DNA of 55,779 bases from a virus (IMGVR_UViG_3300000162_000007:1-55779); one strand, 5' to 3'. Shown: positions 1-9,142, counted from the first letter of the stretch. The notes: a model not told the origin generated them from the letters alone. Numbers and translations are program-made.

Positions 1-911
1 TATATATTGATTTTATCCTGTCCTTTAATGTGTTGAGTAAATCTTTCATAGAGATACTTTGCAGTTAATGGTGGGAAGTTTACGGCTGGTTGAGAACCCA
101 TACCAATTCGAAATGCGGCTGTTGCTTCAGGAAAAATTCTCTGACCCAATGGGTACACCCTGATTTGAATTGGTTGTTTGGGTAAATCAACTAAGTTATC
201 TATATTCTCACCCCAATCTGCTGTTTTTAGGGATGCAATATGTTTATATTCTAACACACCACTTTTGTATAATTCTCTTACTTCATCTGCTGAAATTGGT
301 AAACTTGGTATTCTACTATCTGCTTGTGATAATGCAAATCCCAATCCATCTTCTTTATCACCACTTTGCCATTTCTCAATCCACTCCTTACCAGTTGTTA
401 AGTGTGAATTATGGAACTCTGGATTATCTTTATGTAGAGTTTTAGAGAAACGATACATACCATCTTGTCTTGTCAATCTTCTCATTTGCTTTGTGAATAA
501 CTCTAAATAGTCATCCGATGCAAATATTTCGTAGATAGATGGTTTTGGTTTATCATATGTACTACCACCGATAGCAGTTTTGTACATAGCAGGAAAGAAT
601 TGATTTACTGGAGTTGCAAACTTATTGAAATTGAATATTACTTCATTTCCATCATCATCTTTTTCCTCAAACTTAGTTATCTTATAACCTTGTAGTTTAG
701 AAAAATTCTCAATGATTTCTGCTTCATTAACACCAATCTTAGGAGGAGCACCAGTCTCATCCCATTGTTTCAATGCAGTTTTCTTAAAGTTGGCTACCCA
801 CTTTTCGAAGTCAGGGAATGACATCTCAAGCACTTGTTCGTACTTGAGATTCATTTCCGGATCATAAAACCAATCACTTCTTTCGTAAAAATATTTCTTT
901 GTATAATTCAT
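1..911 (-). CDS. Putative DNA methyltransferase-like protein, N-terminal part (runs off the window edge)
   Basis: Not in the ORF track. Hand-translated from ATG at 911: MNYTKKYFYERSDWFYDPEMNLKY...AVNFPPLTAKYLYERFTQHIKGQDKINI. The FPPLTAKYLYE segment parallels FKPNVAKALYD, which precedes the SAM-binding motif in the 14706-15938 methyltransferase. Catalytic motifs would lie outside the window. Confidence 0.6.
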   Translation of the reverse strand, partial: MNYTKKYFYERSDWFYDPEMNLKYEQVLEMSFPDFEKWVANFKKTALKQWDETGAPPKIGVNEAEIIENFSKLQGYKITKFEEKDDDGNEVIFNFNKFATPVNQFFPAMYKTAIGGSTYDKPKPSIYEIFASDDYLELFTKQMRRLTRQDGMYRFSKTLHKDNPEFHNSHLTTGKEWIEKWQSGDKEDGLGFALSQADSRIPSLPISADEVRELYKSGVLEYKHIASLKTADWGENIDNLVDLPKQPIQIRVYPLGQRIFPEATAAFRIGMGSQPAVNFPPLTAKYLYERFTQHIKGQDKINI

Positions 912-1051
912 TATGCTGATTGATTAACTGCGTCATGTAATTCATAATCCAGTTTAGCTAAAAGTTTTTGTGCTTCATCTATTTTACCGATAGATATTAA
1001 ATAGGCAGATTCATGCACTGCTGAATGCCATTGTTGTAATTGATTATTCAT
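911..1051 (-). CDS. Small hypothetical protein (46 aa, MNNQLQQWH...)
   Basis: ATG at 1051; its TAA overlaps the next ATG (TAATG), indicating translational coupling. Confidence 0.6.
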   Translation of the reverse strand: MNNQLQQWHSAVHESAYLISIGKIDEAQKLLAKLDYELHDAVNQSA

Positions 1052-1055
1052 CTTT

Positions 1056-1658
1056 TTATTTATTTTTATATTTCCAATTTGGATGTTTATCACTTTTTAA
1101 GAAATAATATGCTGTTGATTTTAATATTCCTAATTTTTTATAAGCGTGAGCTACATTTGGATAATCAACACCATCTATTATAACAGGTTCACCTTTTCCA
1201 TAATTTGCATTATTTTCACCATGCCTATCTGGTAAACTTGCTTTCATATTTTCAATATGTTCTTTAGTTTTTTGTTTACCTTTATGTGCTGCTGATATTT
1301 TTTGTTTATGCTCTTCGGTTTTAGGTTTTGCCATAATCATTCTAATTTTTTCACTTTTATAATGATGATTTTCAGAAAATGATATTCTTGCTTCCTCATA
1401 TGTGTTTCCCCATTTTGTGTTGAAACGATTACTCATCATTAAAAATGACATCATCCTATTGTAATTTGTTGGTTCTATAACATATAATAATTTATGTGCT
1501 ATAAAATGTTCTTTTGCAGTTAAATAAACCAAATTGGTATTGCTGTTTGAACCTCCTTCACTTTTTGGAATTATATGATGTTTCTCAAGATAACAAGTTG
1601 GTTTATTTCTACATTGTGCATTTTCAATTAGTTGATTGTATATTTTTATGTAATTCAT
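1056..1658 (-). CDS. Free-standing HNH homing endonuclease with NUMOD3-type DNA-binding repeats
   Basis: EKHHIIPKSEGGSNSNTNLVYLTAKEHFIAH HNH motif; KTEEHKQKIS and KTKEHIENM repeats. Confidence 0.9.
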   Translation of the reverse strand: MNYIKIYNQLIENAQCRNKPTCYLEKHHIIPKSEGGSNSNTNLVYLTAKEHFIAHKLLYVIEPTNYNRMMSFLMMSNRFNTKWGNTYEEARISFSENHHYKSEKIRMIMAKPKTEEHKQKISAAHKGKQKTKEHIENMKASLPDRHGENNANYGKGEPVIIDGVDYPNVAHAYKKLGILKSTAYYFLKSDKHPNWKYKNK

Positions 1659-1719
1659 ATATTCTTTTATATAAATATAAGAAAATAATATTTTGTTACA
1701 CTTCTACTAAATAAAAATA

Positions 1720-2439
1720 TTAAGCGGAAAGTTGCACTTCCACTAGGTAATAGCGACAAACGAAATCATCAATGATGAATTGAATGTGAGCTAATCCTTT
1801 TGTAGATACTAATAATTTTGCAGATGTTGCTTCTTTGTTAGCTGTTAAAATCTCTTTCAAATACTTTGCAGAGAATGAAATAGGTTTTACATCCGTACCA
1901 TAGTTTTCTGCTGCTTTGAATGTAATTCTGTTTGAGTTTACATTTGAGTAACCCATAACGATATTCAAATTACCTTTTTCAGTTAAGACAGTGAATGTAT
2001 CAACATCACTCAATGCGTTCTTAGCTTTGATGAATTTGTCAATAAACTTACCATCTAAATCAATCTCCACATCAAATGGTGGTAATGATTTTAATTCAGG
2101 AACATTTGGAATAACACTTAAATCAGCTAACTGATATGCTGCCTTAATACCATCTGTACCTAAACCTAATGCGATAGATTTGTCCTCTACCTTTTGAACT
2201 TCTAAATCAACATCATCACCTAATACTGATAACATTTTATTTAAGTTAGAAGTTGTATAGATACCTAACTCAGCTTGTTCAAAGTTAAAGTTATCTAAAG
2301 TGATTTCACCTAATACTGTCTTATCATCTGCGATAAAACGAGTATTCAATTTTTGTCCATCGGTAGTCCAAGCTACTGATTCAACCAATCCAGCTAAATT
2401 GTATTTGCTGATAAAACGGGTAATTCTTGTTTTGTTCAT
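1720..2439 (-). CDS. DNA polymerase sliding clamp (T4 gp45-like)
   Basis: 239 aa, ELGIYTTSNLNKML and SFSAKYLKEIL segments, YYLV near the C-terminus; adjacent to PolB. Confidence 0.8.
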   Translation of the reverse strand: MNKTRITRFISKYNLAGLVESVAWTTDGQKLNTRFIADDKTVLGEITLDNFNFEQAELGIYTTSNLNKMLSVLGDDVDLEVQKVEDKSIALGLGTDGIKAAYQLADLSVIPNVPELKSLPPFDVEIDLDGKFIDKFIKAKNALSDVDTFTVLTEKGNLNIVMGYSNVNSNRITFKAAENYGTDVKPISFSAKYLKEILTANKEATSAKLLVSTKGLAHIQFIIDDFVCRYYLVEVQLSA

Positions 2440-2463
2440 TTTGTTTATGTTTTATTTATATGT

Positions 2464-2495
2464 CTAATATACGAAATTATTTTCAATCTACCAAA
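2464..2495 (-). promoter_or_regulatory. Bacteroidota sigma70-type promoter (variant) for the clamp gene
   Basis: TTTG-N20-TATATTAG on the minus strand. Confidence 0.6.
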
Positions 2496-5021
2496 TTAAA
2501 AGGAGAAAAATTCCTCTAATTTCTTTGAACTGAATGATGATTTTTCCCAACCTAATGCTTTATAGAAATCATCCATTTTGTTTTCTAATTCTGCTTCAAA
2601 TATCTTATCCACATCAATATACTTTTGAATAAATTCTAATACTTCTGGAGGGTCTTGATAACCTTTGAATGCGGCAGTATCTAATCCAAATGGGTTTTGT
2701 TTAAGATATACCCATTTAATTTTATCACCATCTTTCATTGGTTCATATTTGAATGCACAATTGTAATGTTTAAGTAATCTATTATAAGTTATACCAGCTT
2801 TAATGTGTGCAGGTGTTCCCTTTTCAAAATCACCTAATTGTTTATTCTTTCCACCTCTATCATATTTACTAATCTCTTTTACTGCACCACCCTTTGCAAT
2901 TACTGAAACATCTAATCCGGCCAATGATGCTTTGAACTCTGCTAATTCCTTATCTACTTCATCGTTTGATTTACCTTGTAGGATATCTCTCAACATTCTT
3001 GCCATAAAATCTTGGAATGCTTTAGGAAATGATGAACGAACTACATCCAATCCTTTTACATCCAACTTATCCATTGGTAAACCATTGTTTGCAACTATCC
3101 ATTGTGCATATCGTTTCTTTGCAATCCATATACCCGCTTTACTGATATACTCTTTCTTAATTTCAAATCTGTGTTTGTTGATATTAAAGAACTTAACTGC
3201 CATCATATCATAAAACTTATTAAGAAACTCCTGTACCTCACCTGCAATTTCATCAATTTTAGTTGCCATTGTTTCATCATTAAATTCTGCCCAATTAGGG
3301 AAACGATGTTTAACCAAAGGTAGTGCCGAAAAGAATACTGAATCCGTATCAATGTAAATGTTGTAATCCTCATTAGTACCTAACTCTTTATTGTACTTAA
3401 TGTTTACCATTTTTGCAGTATTCTTAATTACTGTCTGACCTGTTGTAGTTACCGCTGCTGCATTATCCACATCATAGAAACGGAATGCTGGTAATCCTAA
3501 TACTCCATATAACGAGTTCAATAAGATTTTTTGTACCAACTGTCTTTTTGCATAGAATTCGTGTTGTTGTTTGTTCCCCTCTTTACCATATTTTTTTTCT
3601 AACTTACGGAACTCCACACGTTGAAAAAACCACTCATCTAATATATCTGCAATTAGACCTGGTTTATCTTGTGTATAAAGAACTCCGTTTGATGATATAG
3701 ATAGATTTTCCTCAGTTAATTCCTTTCTCAATTCCTCTGTTGTATAATTAAGAGCTGTATTTTCTATATTCCATACTCTATAATCACCCTTAACAAATGC
3801 TTCCGCATCAAAGTTTGCAATCTTACCTACTTTTGTTTCTGGTGAGATATTCAAACTCATAATGATTGAAGGATATAGTGAAGTCAAATCCAAGTCATAT
3901 AACCAATCATACTTACCTGGTATCGGGTCTTTTACATATGCACCAATAAAACCTTGTTCACCACTTTCTTTTAGTGCCTCCATTTGTTCCCTTCTATCTG
4001 CCGGTTTGTTAGGTGCTACTAAATTTCTTTTCTTTAGGTAGTTTAAACATGCTCCCTCTAAATATTTTGATGAGAACATATAATCCTCATATGGAACGTG
4101 TCCGGCGTGACAAATACCTCGACACAAGTCAATATATTGTAACTTCCTATCAAGCTCTACCACCAATTCAACGTCCACAATATTATATTCAATGAACTTC
4201 TCAATATCCTCTCTGAAAAGGTCATCCAAACTTCCTTCGTATGCAATTTTCTCTCTACCTAATTCTTTCTTTGCAATATAATTCAATGCGTAAGAAGGCA
4301 TTAGTGAATAAGTAAATTTCTTATATAGTGTAATGTAATCCAAAATAGATACCCCAGCTAAACTCCACTTCTTTCGGTATGGAGAATAAAATCCATCTCT
4401 AATTGGTGATAATCGATATGCGTTTTGTTTACCCAATACATTTGTTAAACGATTGAATAAGTAAGGAATATCGAATGCATCAATGTTCCAACCAGTAAGA
4501 ATTGTAGGGTTAATATGTTCGTAGACTGTTAGAAATGCATTAAGTAATTCTCTTTCACTTCGAAATGCTTTGATTACTCTATTATCTTTTTTAATTGTAG
4601 ATTGTAACTTACCACCCTTATCTAAAATTAGTGCATAGTAAGTATCAGTTGGTCCATCGTGCATTGCTATCGCTGTAATCTCATTCTCAGCTTTCTCAAC
4701 ATCGGGAAGACCTGTTTCCATTTCTACCTCAATGTCAAATGTCATAACCACATGTCCTTCGGATGGGATATCACTTTCTGAATATAAATCTACTAAGATA
4801 CGAGTTGTTTCCGGTACATCGGTTTCGTAATATGCGGGGTCATCTTTTTGGAACTCATAGATTTTGGTAACTTTCGTTCCATCTAATGCAGTTGATTGAC
4901 CTCTTTCTGCAGGTGCGTAGGCGTAATTAAATGTTTTGTAAGGGAATGTTTGATAACCTAATTTATCATCCCATAAATGGACTAAATCCTTTCCTTTTTG
5001 TAAATAGACGTTTTGATACAT
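2496..5021 (-). CDS. Family B DNA polymerase (T4 gp43-like)
   Basis: Exonuclease motifs FDIEV and GWNIDAFDIPY; polymerase motifs DLTSLYPS, KILLNSLYG and YIDTDS. Likely start is MYQNVY at 5021, just downstream of a promoter; the upstream ORF-track extension overlaps the next gene. Confidence 0.97.
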   Translation of the reverse strand: MYQNVYLQKGKDLVHLWDDKLGYQTFPYKTFNYAYAPAERGQSTALDGTKVTKIYEFQKDDPAYYETDVPETTRILVDLYSESDIPSEGHVVMTFDIEVEMETGLPDVEKAENEITAIAMHDGPTDTYYALILDKGGKLQSTIKKDNRVIKAFRSERELLNAFLTVYEHINPTILTGWNIDAFDIPYLFNRLTNVLGKQNAYRLSPIRDGFYSPYRKKWSLAGVSILDYITLYKKFTYSLMPSYALNYIAKKELGREKIAYEGSLDDLFREDIEKFIEYNIVDVELVVELDRKLQYIDLCRGICHAGHVPYEDYMFSSKYLEGACLNYLKKRNLVAPNKPADRREQMEALKESGEQGFIGAYVKDPIPGKYDWLYDLDLTSLYPSIIMSLNISPETKVGKIANFDAEAFVKGDYRVWNIENTALNYTTEELRKELTEENLSISSNGVLYTQDKPGLIADILDEWFFQRVEFRKLEKKYGKEGNKQQHEFYAKRQLVQKILLNSLYGVLGLPAFRFYDVDNAAAVTTTGQTVIKNTAKMVNIKYNKELGTNEDYNIYIDTDSVFFSALPLVKHRFPNWAEFNDETMATKIDEIAGEVQEFLNKFYDMMAVKFFNINKHRFEIKKEYISKAGIWIAKKRYAQWIVANNGLPMDKLDVKGLDVVRSSFPKAFQDFMARMLRDILQGKSNDEVDKELAEFKASLAGLDVSVIAKGGAVKEISKYDRGGKNKQLGDFEKGTPAHIKAGITYNRLLKHYNCAFKYEPMKDGDKIKWVYLKQNPFGLDTAAFKGYQDPPEVLEFIQKYIDVDKIFEAELENKMDDFYKALGWEKSSFSSKKLEEFFSF

Positions 5022-5027
5022 ATGTTG

Positions 5028-5059
5028 TAAAGATAACGAATAACTTTTAAAGTACAAAA
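5028..5059 (-). promoter_or_regulatory. Bacteroidota sigma70-type promoter (variant) for PolB
   Basis: TTTG-N20-TATCTTTA. Confidence 0.6.
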
Positions 5060-5590
5060 TTATTTTATCTTTAATTTGTATTTCTTGCCAGATGGAACTG
5101 AATAAATTGCAAAGATAGGAGTTACTTGAAATTGTAAATCTCTCATTCGATTTGTATATGCTTGCCATCTACCTTTTTGTAAATAGGCAATTGTCATATG
5201 TGGTCGGTAATCAGGATATTCGTTTGAGTTTGGTAGTTTCATTAGTAAATGATTTGCTTTTTCTAATCCATCACCAACCGCATCCATTTTTAATACATCA
5301 TAATTAGAATTTTCAAATACTGAAACATTACTAAGTGTTATATCACCAAAATGTATATTATCTAAAATTTGTTGAACTATTTGTGGAGTGACATTAGAAT
5401 GTAGTCCATATAATAGAGTTACATGTGGCTCGGTTTCTTTACCATATTTACCACTACCATCTTCGTAAATATCCTTATCATCTATTATTGAAGACATTTG
5501 AGTTTCATCAAAGTCAAAATATAACATTACACATCCATACTCATATGGACCACTCTCAATTTCTTTTAATAACTTTCTTAGTTTTATCAC
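5060..5590 (-). CDS. 2H phosphoesterase, Acb1/T4 gp57B-like
   Basis: Two HxT motifs (PHVTLLYG, PHMTIAY) in 176 aa. Confidence 0.8.
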   Translation of the reverse strand: MIKLRKLLKEIESGPYEYGCVMLYFDFDETQMSSIIDDKDIYEDGSGKYGKETEPHVTLLYGLHSNVTPQIVQQILDNIHFGDITLSNVSVFENSNYDVLKMDAVGDGLEKANHLLMKLPNSNEYPDYRPHMTIAYLQKGRWQAYTNRMRDLQFQVTPIFAIYSVPSGKKYKLKIK

Positions 5591-6144
5591 GATACCTTAA
5601 AATCTTCTTTTAATTTTTGTAGAAATAAATCAATACCTTTTTTATGATTCTCTGCCCAATCTATCGGGTCACCACTATCACTTATATATTTGTATGAAGT
5701 AAAATCAAATCCGTAAATCTTACATACTTTTGCAATTGAGTATGCTTCCATATCACATATTTCTGATGGTTTCTTTTCAAATTTATCTTGTGTGTAACAA
5801 ACTGTCCCTGTTCCAAATGAAATAGAATCACCATTACTTAATTTTGGATAAACCACATCATCAAAAGGTGTAATTGTTTTTTTAGCAAATGGTCTTGCAT
5901 CAATATCATTTTGAACAAATGTTTTACACTTAAATAATTGTCCAAACATAGCTTCATGTGCTCCTGCTGAACCATAGTTAATAACTATTGTTTCTGATGG
6001 TGATATGTTTTCAAGTGTTTGAGTAGCTTTGATGGCTGCGTTAATTTTACCAACTCCCGTATAAATAACATCAACTCCCATAGGAGCGTTTTCTGCTGGA
6101 AACTCACTTGGTAATGCAACAAATAATTTAATTCTCATACTCAT
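5587..6144 (-). CDS. MTA/SAH nucleosidase-like (nucleoside phosphorylase fold) protein
   Basis: TGVGKINAA, INYGSAG, DMEAYSIAKVC and KYISD motifs. Confidence 0.88.
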   Translation of the reverse strand: MSMRIKLFVALPSEFPAENAPMGVDVIYTGVGKINAAIKATQTLENISPSETIVINYGSAGAHEAMFGQLFKCKTFVQNDIDARPFAKKTITPFDDVVYPKLSNGDSISFGTGTVCYTQDKFEKKPSEICDMEAYSIAKVCKIYGFDFTSYKYISDSGDPIDWAENHKKGIDLFLQKLKEDFKVS

Positions 6145-6157
6145 AAATATAACACTT

Positions 6158-7186
6158 TTATTTTTGGAACATATCCCATTTTAAGATAACTTCTTCTGTG
6201 AACTTTTTATAATTACAACTACTAACATGTCCGGTTGGTCCCATTTCATTGTTACGAAGTGCTTCTAATACTCTACTTTGTGTTTTAAAATCAGTATATT
6301 CCATCCAAATAGGATTAAAATCATCATCTGTGCTTTTTATTTGATTACGAATAGTCCATTCAAATACACCACCTTTAGAATGAACTCCTTCCTCTTCAAA
6401 AAACCAACAATATTTATCCCAGTCTATTGCTTTATATAAATAACTGCAATATGGATAGATATCTCCTCTATGTTTTTGTTCACCCCAAGTATTAATAACT
6501 TCTCTTTGAGTAAATAATTTATCAATCATATCATCTGCATCTTTCCAATTATAGGGCATTAAACCATAATCATATTGCAATGAAAATGAATTATGCATAA
6601 AGAAAGATTTCATTTGAATACCATTATTTTCACAAAACTGAATTAAATAATCAAAATATTCCATCCATTCAAAATATCTACTCTCATCGTTGTATAAAGT
6701 TTCAACATATGCAGTATTATATTTAAACATTCTTTTATTTTCCCCAGTCTCTAAACTAGATTTACCCATATTAGGTACTGCTAAATTTATCCAATATCCG
6801 TTTTCACCAGGTTCTGATTTTTCTTTTAGATAATCATTTGCATAATTTCTATGTTGTGCTAACGGAATATGTTCTTTGATTTCGTTTGAAATAAAATGAC
6901 TTCTACGGAAAAATGATGACCATTGAATAATCATCGAAATATCTTTCGCTTCAACACCACTATTAAGTAATTCTTTTGCTTTATATATTGCCGATCTAAC
7001 AATCATAGAATTATTGTTTGCCGGACTTCCCATATTAAATACCTTTAAATCTGGAAATTTATCTTGAATCCAATGTGGATAATACCAATTTCTAATATCA
7101 TCTACTAAAGATTTGTCTTCCGCTCTTTCTAAGTTTACTCTATGTGCGGATGTAAACGAGCAACCAGATGTAATTAAATACTTCAT
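6158..7186 (-). CDS. SGNH-like phage protein
   Basis: N-terminal SGCSFT, NMGSPANNN block and C-terminal GH; same layout as 13969-14721. Confidence 0.6.
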   Translation of the reverse strand: MKYLITSGCSFTSAHRVNLERAEDKSLVDDIRNWYYPHWIQDKFPDLKVFNMGSPANNNSMIVRSAIYKAKELLNSGVEAKDISMIIQWSSFFRRSHFISNEIKEHIPLAQHRNYANDYLKEKSEPGENGYWINLAVPNMGKSSLETGENKRMFKYNTAYVETLYNDESRYFEWMEYFDYLIQFCENNGIQMKSFFMHNSFSLQYDYGLMPYNWKDADDMIDKLFTQREVINTWGEQKHRGDIYPYCSYLYKAIDWDKYCWFFEEEGVHSKGGVFEWTIRNQIKSTDDDFNPIWMEYTDFKTQSRVLEALRNNEMGPTGHVSSCNYKKFTEEVILKWDMFQK

Positions 7187-7198
7187 ATTTTATGTTTG

Positions 7199-7368
7199 CT
7201 GTAGCGGTAGGATTCGAACCATACAAAGGGAGATTCGGAAAGTAACACAATCGCTTGCAAGCTGGTGGTCAACCCCATATTACTTTTCTATTTCTTTATC
7301 CCCGCCTTCGAGACGAGAAGGTGTGTTTGCCTGAATATAACTGAGATATTCGTTTTCACCACGCTACA
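7199..7368 (-). ncRNA. Oversized (170 nt) tRNA-like RNA with an Asp-type GUC loop, D-loop insertion and 80-nt variable arm
   Basis: Acceptor TGTAGCG/CGCTACA + G; T-loop TTCGAAT; anticodon arm CCTTC-TCGTCTC-GAAGG. Confidence 0.7.
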
Positions 7369-7570
7369 ATGTTCGGCCCAAACTAATATTAGATTGTAAC
7401 CTTATATCTTTATTACTTAATACCCATATTTCACCATTATCTAAACCACACACAAAGTGAACATAGTGTTCCTGTGAGTAATCTATAATAGCGAATGCAT
7501 ATCCTTTCATTCCATCACTTACCCTAACCATTGGAATAGTAGGGTTAAGTTGTAGCATTGATTGTGTCAT
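7364..7570 (-). CDS. Small hypothetical protein
   Basis: ORF (..MLQLNPTIPMVRV..IDYSQEH..) directly downstream of a TATTTATA motif at 7574-7581; exact start uncertain. Confidence 0.7.
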   Translation of the reverse strand: MTQSMLQLNPTIPMVRVSDGMKGYAFAIIDYSQEHYVHFVCGLDNGEIWVLSNKDIRLQSNISLGRTL

Positions 7571-7589
7571 GCATATAAATATCAAACTG

Positions 7590-7674
7590 CGGAGGCTCAG
7601 GGATTCGAACCCCAGAAGCTGTTACACTTGCCGGTTTTCAAGACCGGTCCATTCAACCACTCTGGCAAACCTCC
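7590..7674 (-). tRNA. tRNA-Ser(TGA)
   Basis: GGAGGTT/AGCCTCC acceptor, CCGGT-CTTGAAA-ACCGG anticodon arm, long variable arm, G73. Confidence 0.95.
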
Positions 7675-7682
7675 GTTATATT

Positions 7683-7919
7683 CTAATAGATATTATCGTT
7701 ACTATCTATTTTAAAATCTATTGTTTCATCTTTCTTTTGCTGATGTAGATGTTTATATGATACAATTGCAAAGTCCACAGGTCCTAAAACCCAACCAATA
7801 CATAATACCATTAACAATTCCATTGCATTTGAACCAGTCTCATCTTGTTCTGCCCATTTCTTATATAAACGAGCGATACAATAAAATACACATGCGAAAT
7901 AATACAAAGTAAGTAACAT
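7683..7919 (-). CDS. Small membrane protein
   Basis: Two hydrophobic segments; own promoter at 7946-7977. Confidence 0.7.
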   Translation of the reverse strand: MLLTLYYFACVFYCIARLYKKWAEQDETGSNAMELLMVLCIGWVLGPVDFAIVSYKHLHQQKKDETIDFKIDSNDNIY

Positions 7920-7945
7920 AATTTTTAATTTTAGTGTTTATAGAT

Positions 7946-7977
7946 TAAATATACGATTTTATTTTTATTAAACCAAA
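7946..7977 (-). promoter_or_regulatory. Bacteroidota sigma70-type promoter (variant)
   Basis: TTTG-N20-TATATTTA. Confidence 0.55.
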
Positions 7978-7984
7978 TATTTTG

Positions 7985-8058
7985 TGGGAAAGAATGGATT
8001 TGAACCAGTGACCTTCGCATTATGAGTGCGCTGCTCTAACCATCTGAGCTACATTCCC
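7985..8058 (-). tRNA. tRNA with CAT anticodon (Ile2 or elongator Met)
   Basis: GGGAATG acceptor, CTCATAA loop, TTCAAAT T-loop; identity cannot be resolved by eye. Confidence 0.85.
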
Positions 8059-8061
8059 CGG

Positions 8062-8152
8062 TGCCGGTGGTGAGGTTGGTTACTCACATGAAGTCCCTTT
8101 CGGATTAATCTCCCTTACTAGTTCGGATGCGTCTAATTTTCGCCACACCGGC
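8062..8152 (-). tRNA. Aberrant Leu-like tRNA (perfect acceptor, degenerate anticodon arm and T-loop)
   Basis: GCCGGTG/CACCGGC + A; Leu-type D arm; loop ACTAGTA on a stem with only 3 bp; T-arm GTGAG-TAACCAAC-CTCAC. Confidence 0.6.
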
Positions 8153-8158
8153 ATTTTG

Positions 8159-8231
8159 TGGAGGATAACGGATTCAAACCGTTGACCCCTTGCGTGCAAA
8201 GCAAGTGCTCTATCAGCTGAGCTAATCCCCC
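8159..8231 (-). tRNA. tRNA-Ala(TGC)
   Basis: GGGGGAT/ATCCTCC with G3:U70; CTTGC-TTTGCAC-GCAAG. Confidence 0.93.
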
Positions 8232-8831
8232 CTATTTTTTATTCATCAAGTATCTTTCCTTTCTTGCTGAATTTTTGTTTTTAGATTTGTATGTGTCTAA
8301 TTGAGAGTCACAATTAGGACAAACTAATCTTAAGTTTTCTCTTTTGTTATTTGATGCATCACCATCAATGTGGTCTAAAACAAATACAATCGGTTTTCCA
8401 TTCCACTCATTTTCAATCGAACATATACTACAACAATTGTTTTGTTCTTGTAATATATGTGGTTTAAGAAATTTAATACCACTCTGTACACTACAATATT
8501 CACTTTGATTGTTCAAATAATGTTCTAATTTTTTAGATTTAATGTACTCACCATTACATTTATTTGAACAAAATTTTGCACCAGTATACGCTAGAACAAA
8601 TGTGTTATCACAATTAAGACAAATTGATGATTTAACTTTGCCTTTATTATGTGGAACCCATCCATCTGGAAATTTAGACCTTTTTTGTAAAGAAATACCA
8701 AGTTTACCACATATTTTTTTAATATAAGTGTCCGATACTCCATACATTCTGCCTATCTCTCTATAAGATAGATTTTTATTGAAAATTAAATCTTCAAGTT
8801 CAAATTTTTCGTATTTTCCAAATAATTTCAT
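8232..8831 (-). CDS. HNH endonuclease inserted in the tRNA array
   Basis: N-terminal HTH-like segment, CxxC pairs, LDHIDGDASNNKRENLRLVCPNCDSQ. Confidence 0.9.
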   Translation of the reverse strand: MKLFGKYEKFELEDLIFNKNLSYREIGRMYGVSDTYIKKICGKLGISLQKRSKFPDGWVPHNKGKVKSSICLNCDNTFVLAYTGAKFCSNKCNGEYIKSKKLEHYLNNQSEYCSVQSGIKFLKPHILQEQNNCCSICSIENEWNGKPIVFVLDHIDGDASNNKRENLRLVCPNCDSQLDTYKSKNKNSARKERYLMNKK

Positions 8832-8894
8832 ATTATTTATTTAATATAAATATCATAAAATAAAAAAATCGAACCAAAAATTAAATATTTTTTG

Positions 8895-8967
8895 TACAAC
8901 TAATAGGGTTCGAACCTATACAAAAACTTTAGAAGAGTCTTATGCTATCCAGTTACATCATAGTTGC
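8895..8967 (-). tRNA. tRNA-Arg(TCT)
   Basis: AGACT-CTTCTAA-AGTTT anticodon arm; cloverleaf. Confidence 0.9.
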
Positions 8968-8989
8968 ATATACTTTGTCTAATATATTT

Positions 8990-9064
8990 TGGCGGTCTAT
9001 AAGGGTTACGCTCCCTTTACTTCTGCGTGACAGGCAGATATGATAACTACTTCACTAATAGACC
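8990..9064 (-). tRNA. tRNA-Asp(GTC), CCA encoded, atypical T-loop
   Basis: GGTCTAT/ATAGACC + GCCA; TCTGC-CTGTCAC-GCAGA; T-loop AGCGTAA. Confidence 0.88.
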
Positions 9065-9070
9065 TTTTTG

Positions 9071-9142
9071 AGCCTCCGCCCGGAATCGAACCGAGTTATC
9101 TAGATTACAAGTCTAGCGCATCGCCTGCAATGCTTAAGAGGC
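9071..9142 (-). tRNA. tRNA-Thr(TGT)
   Basis: CTAGA-CTTGTAA-TCTAG anticodon arm; TTCGATT T-loop. Confidence 0.9.

Noticed and set aside
5022-5168. N-terminal extension of PolB in the ORF track
   Set aside because: It overlaps the upstream gene and a promoter; the ATG at 5021 fits better.
7225-7304. Group I intron in the oversized tRNA
   Set aside because: Only 80 nt, no P7 core, and it lies in the variable arm rather than the anticodon loop.
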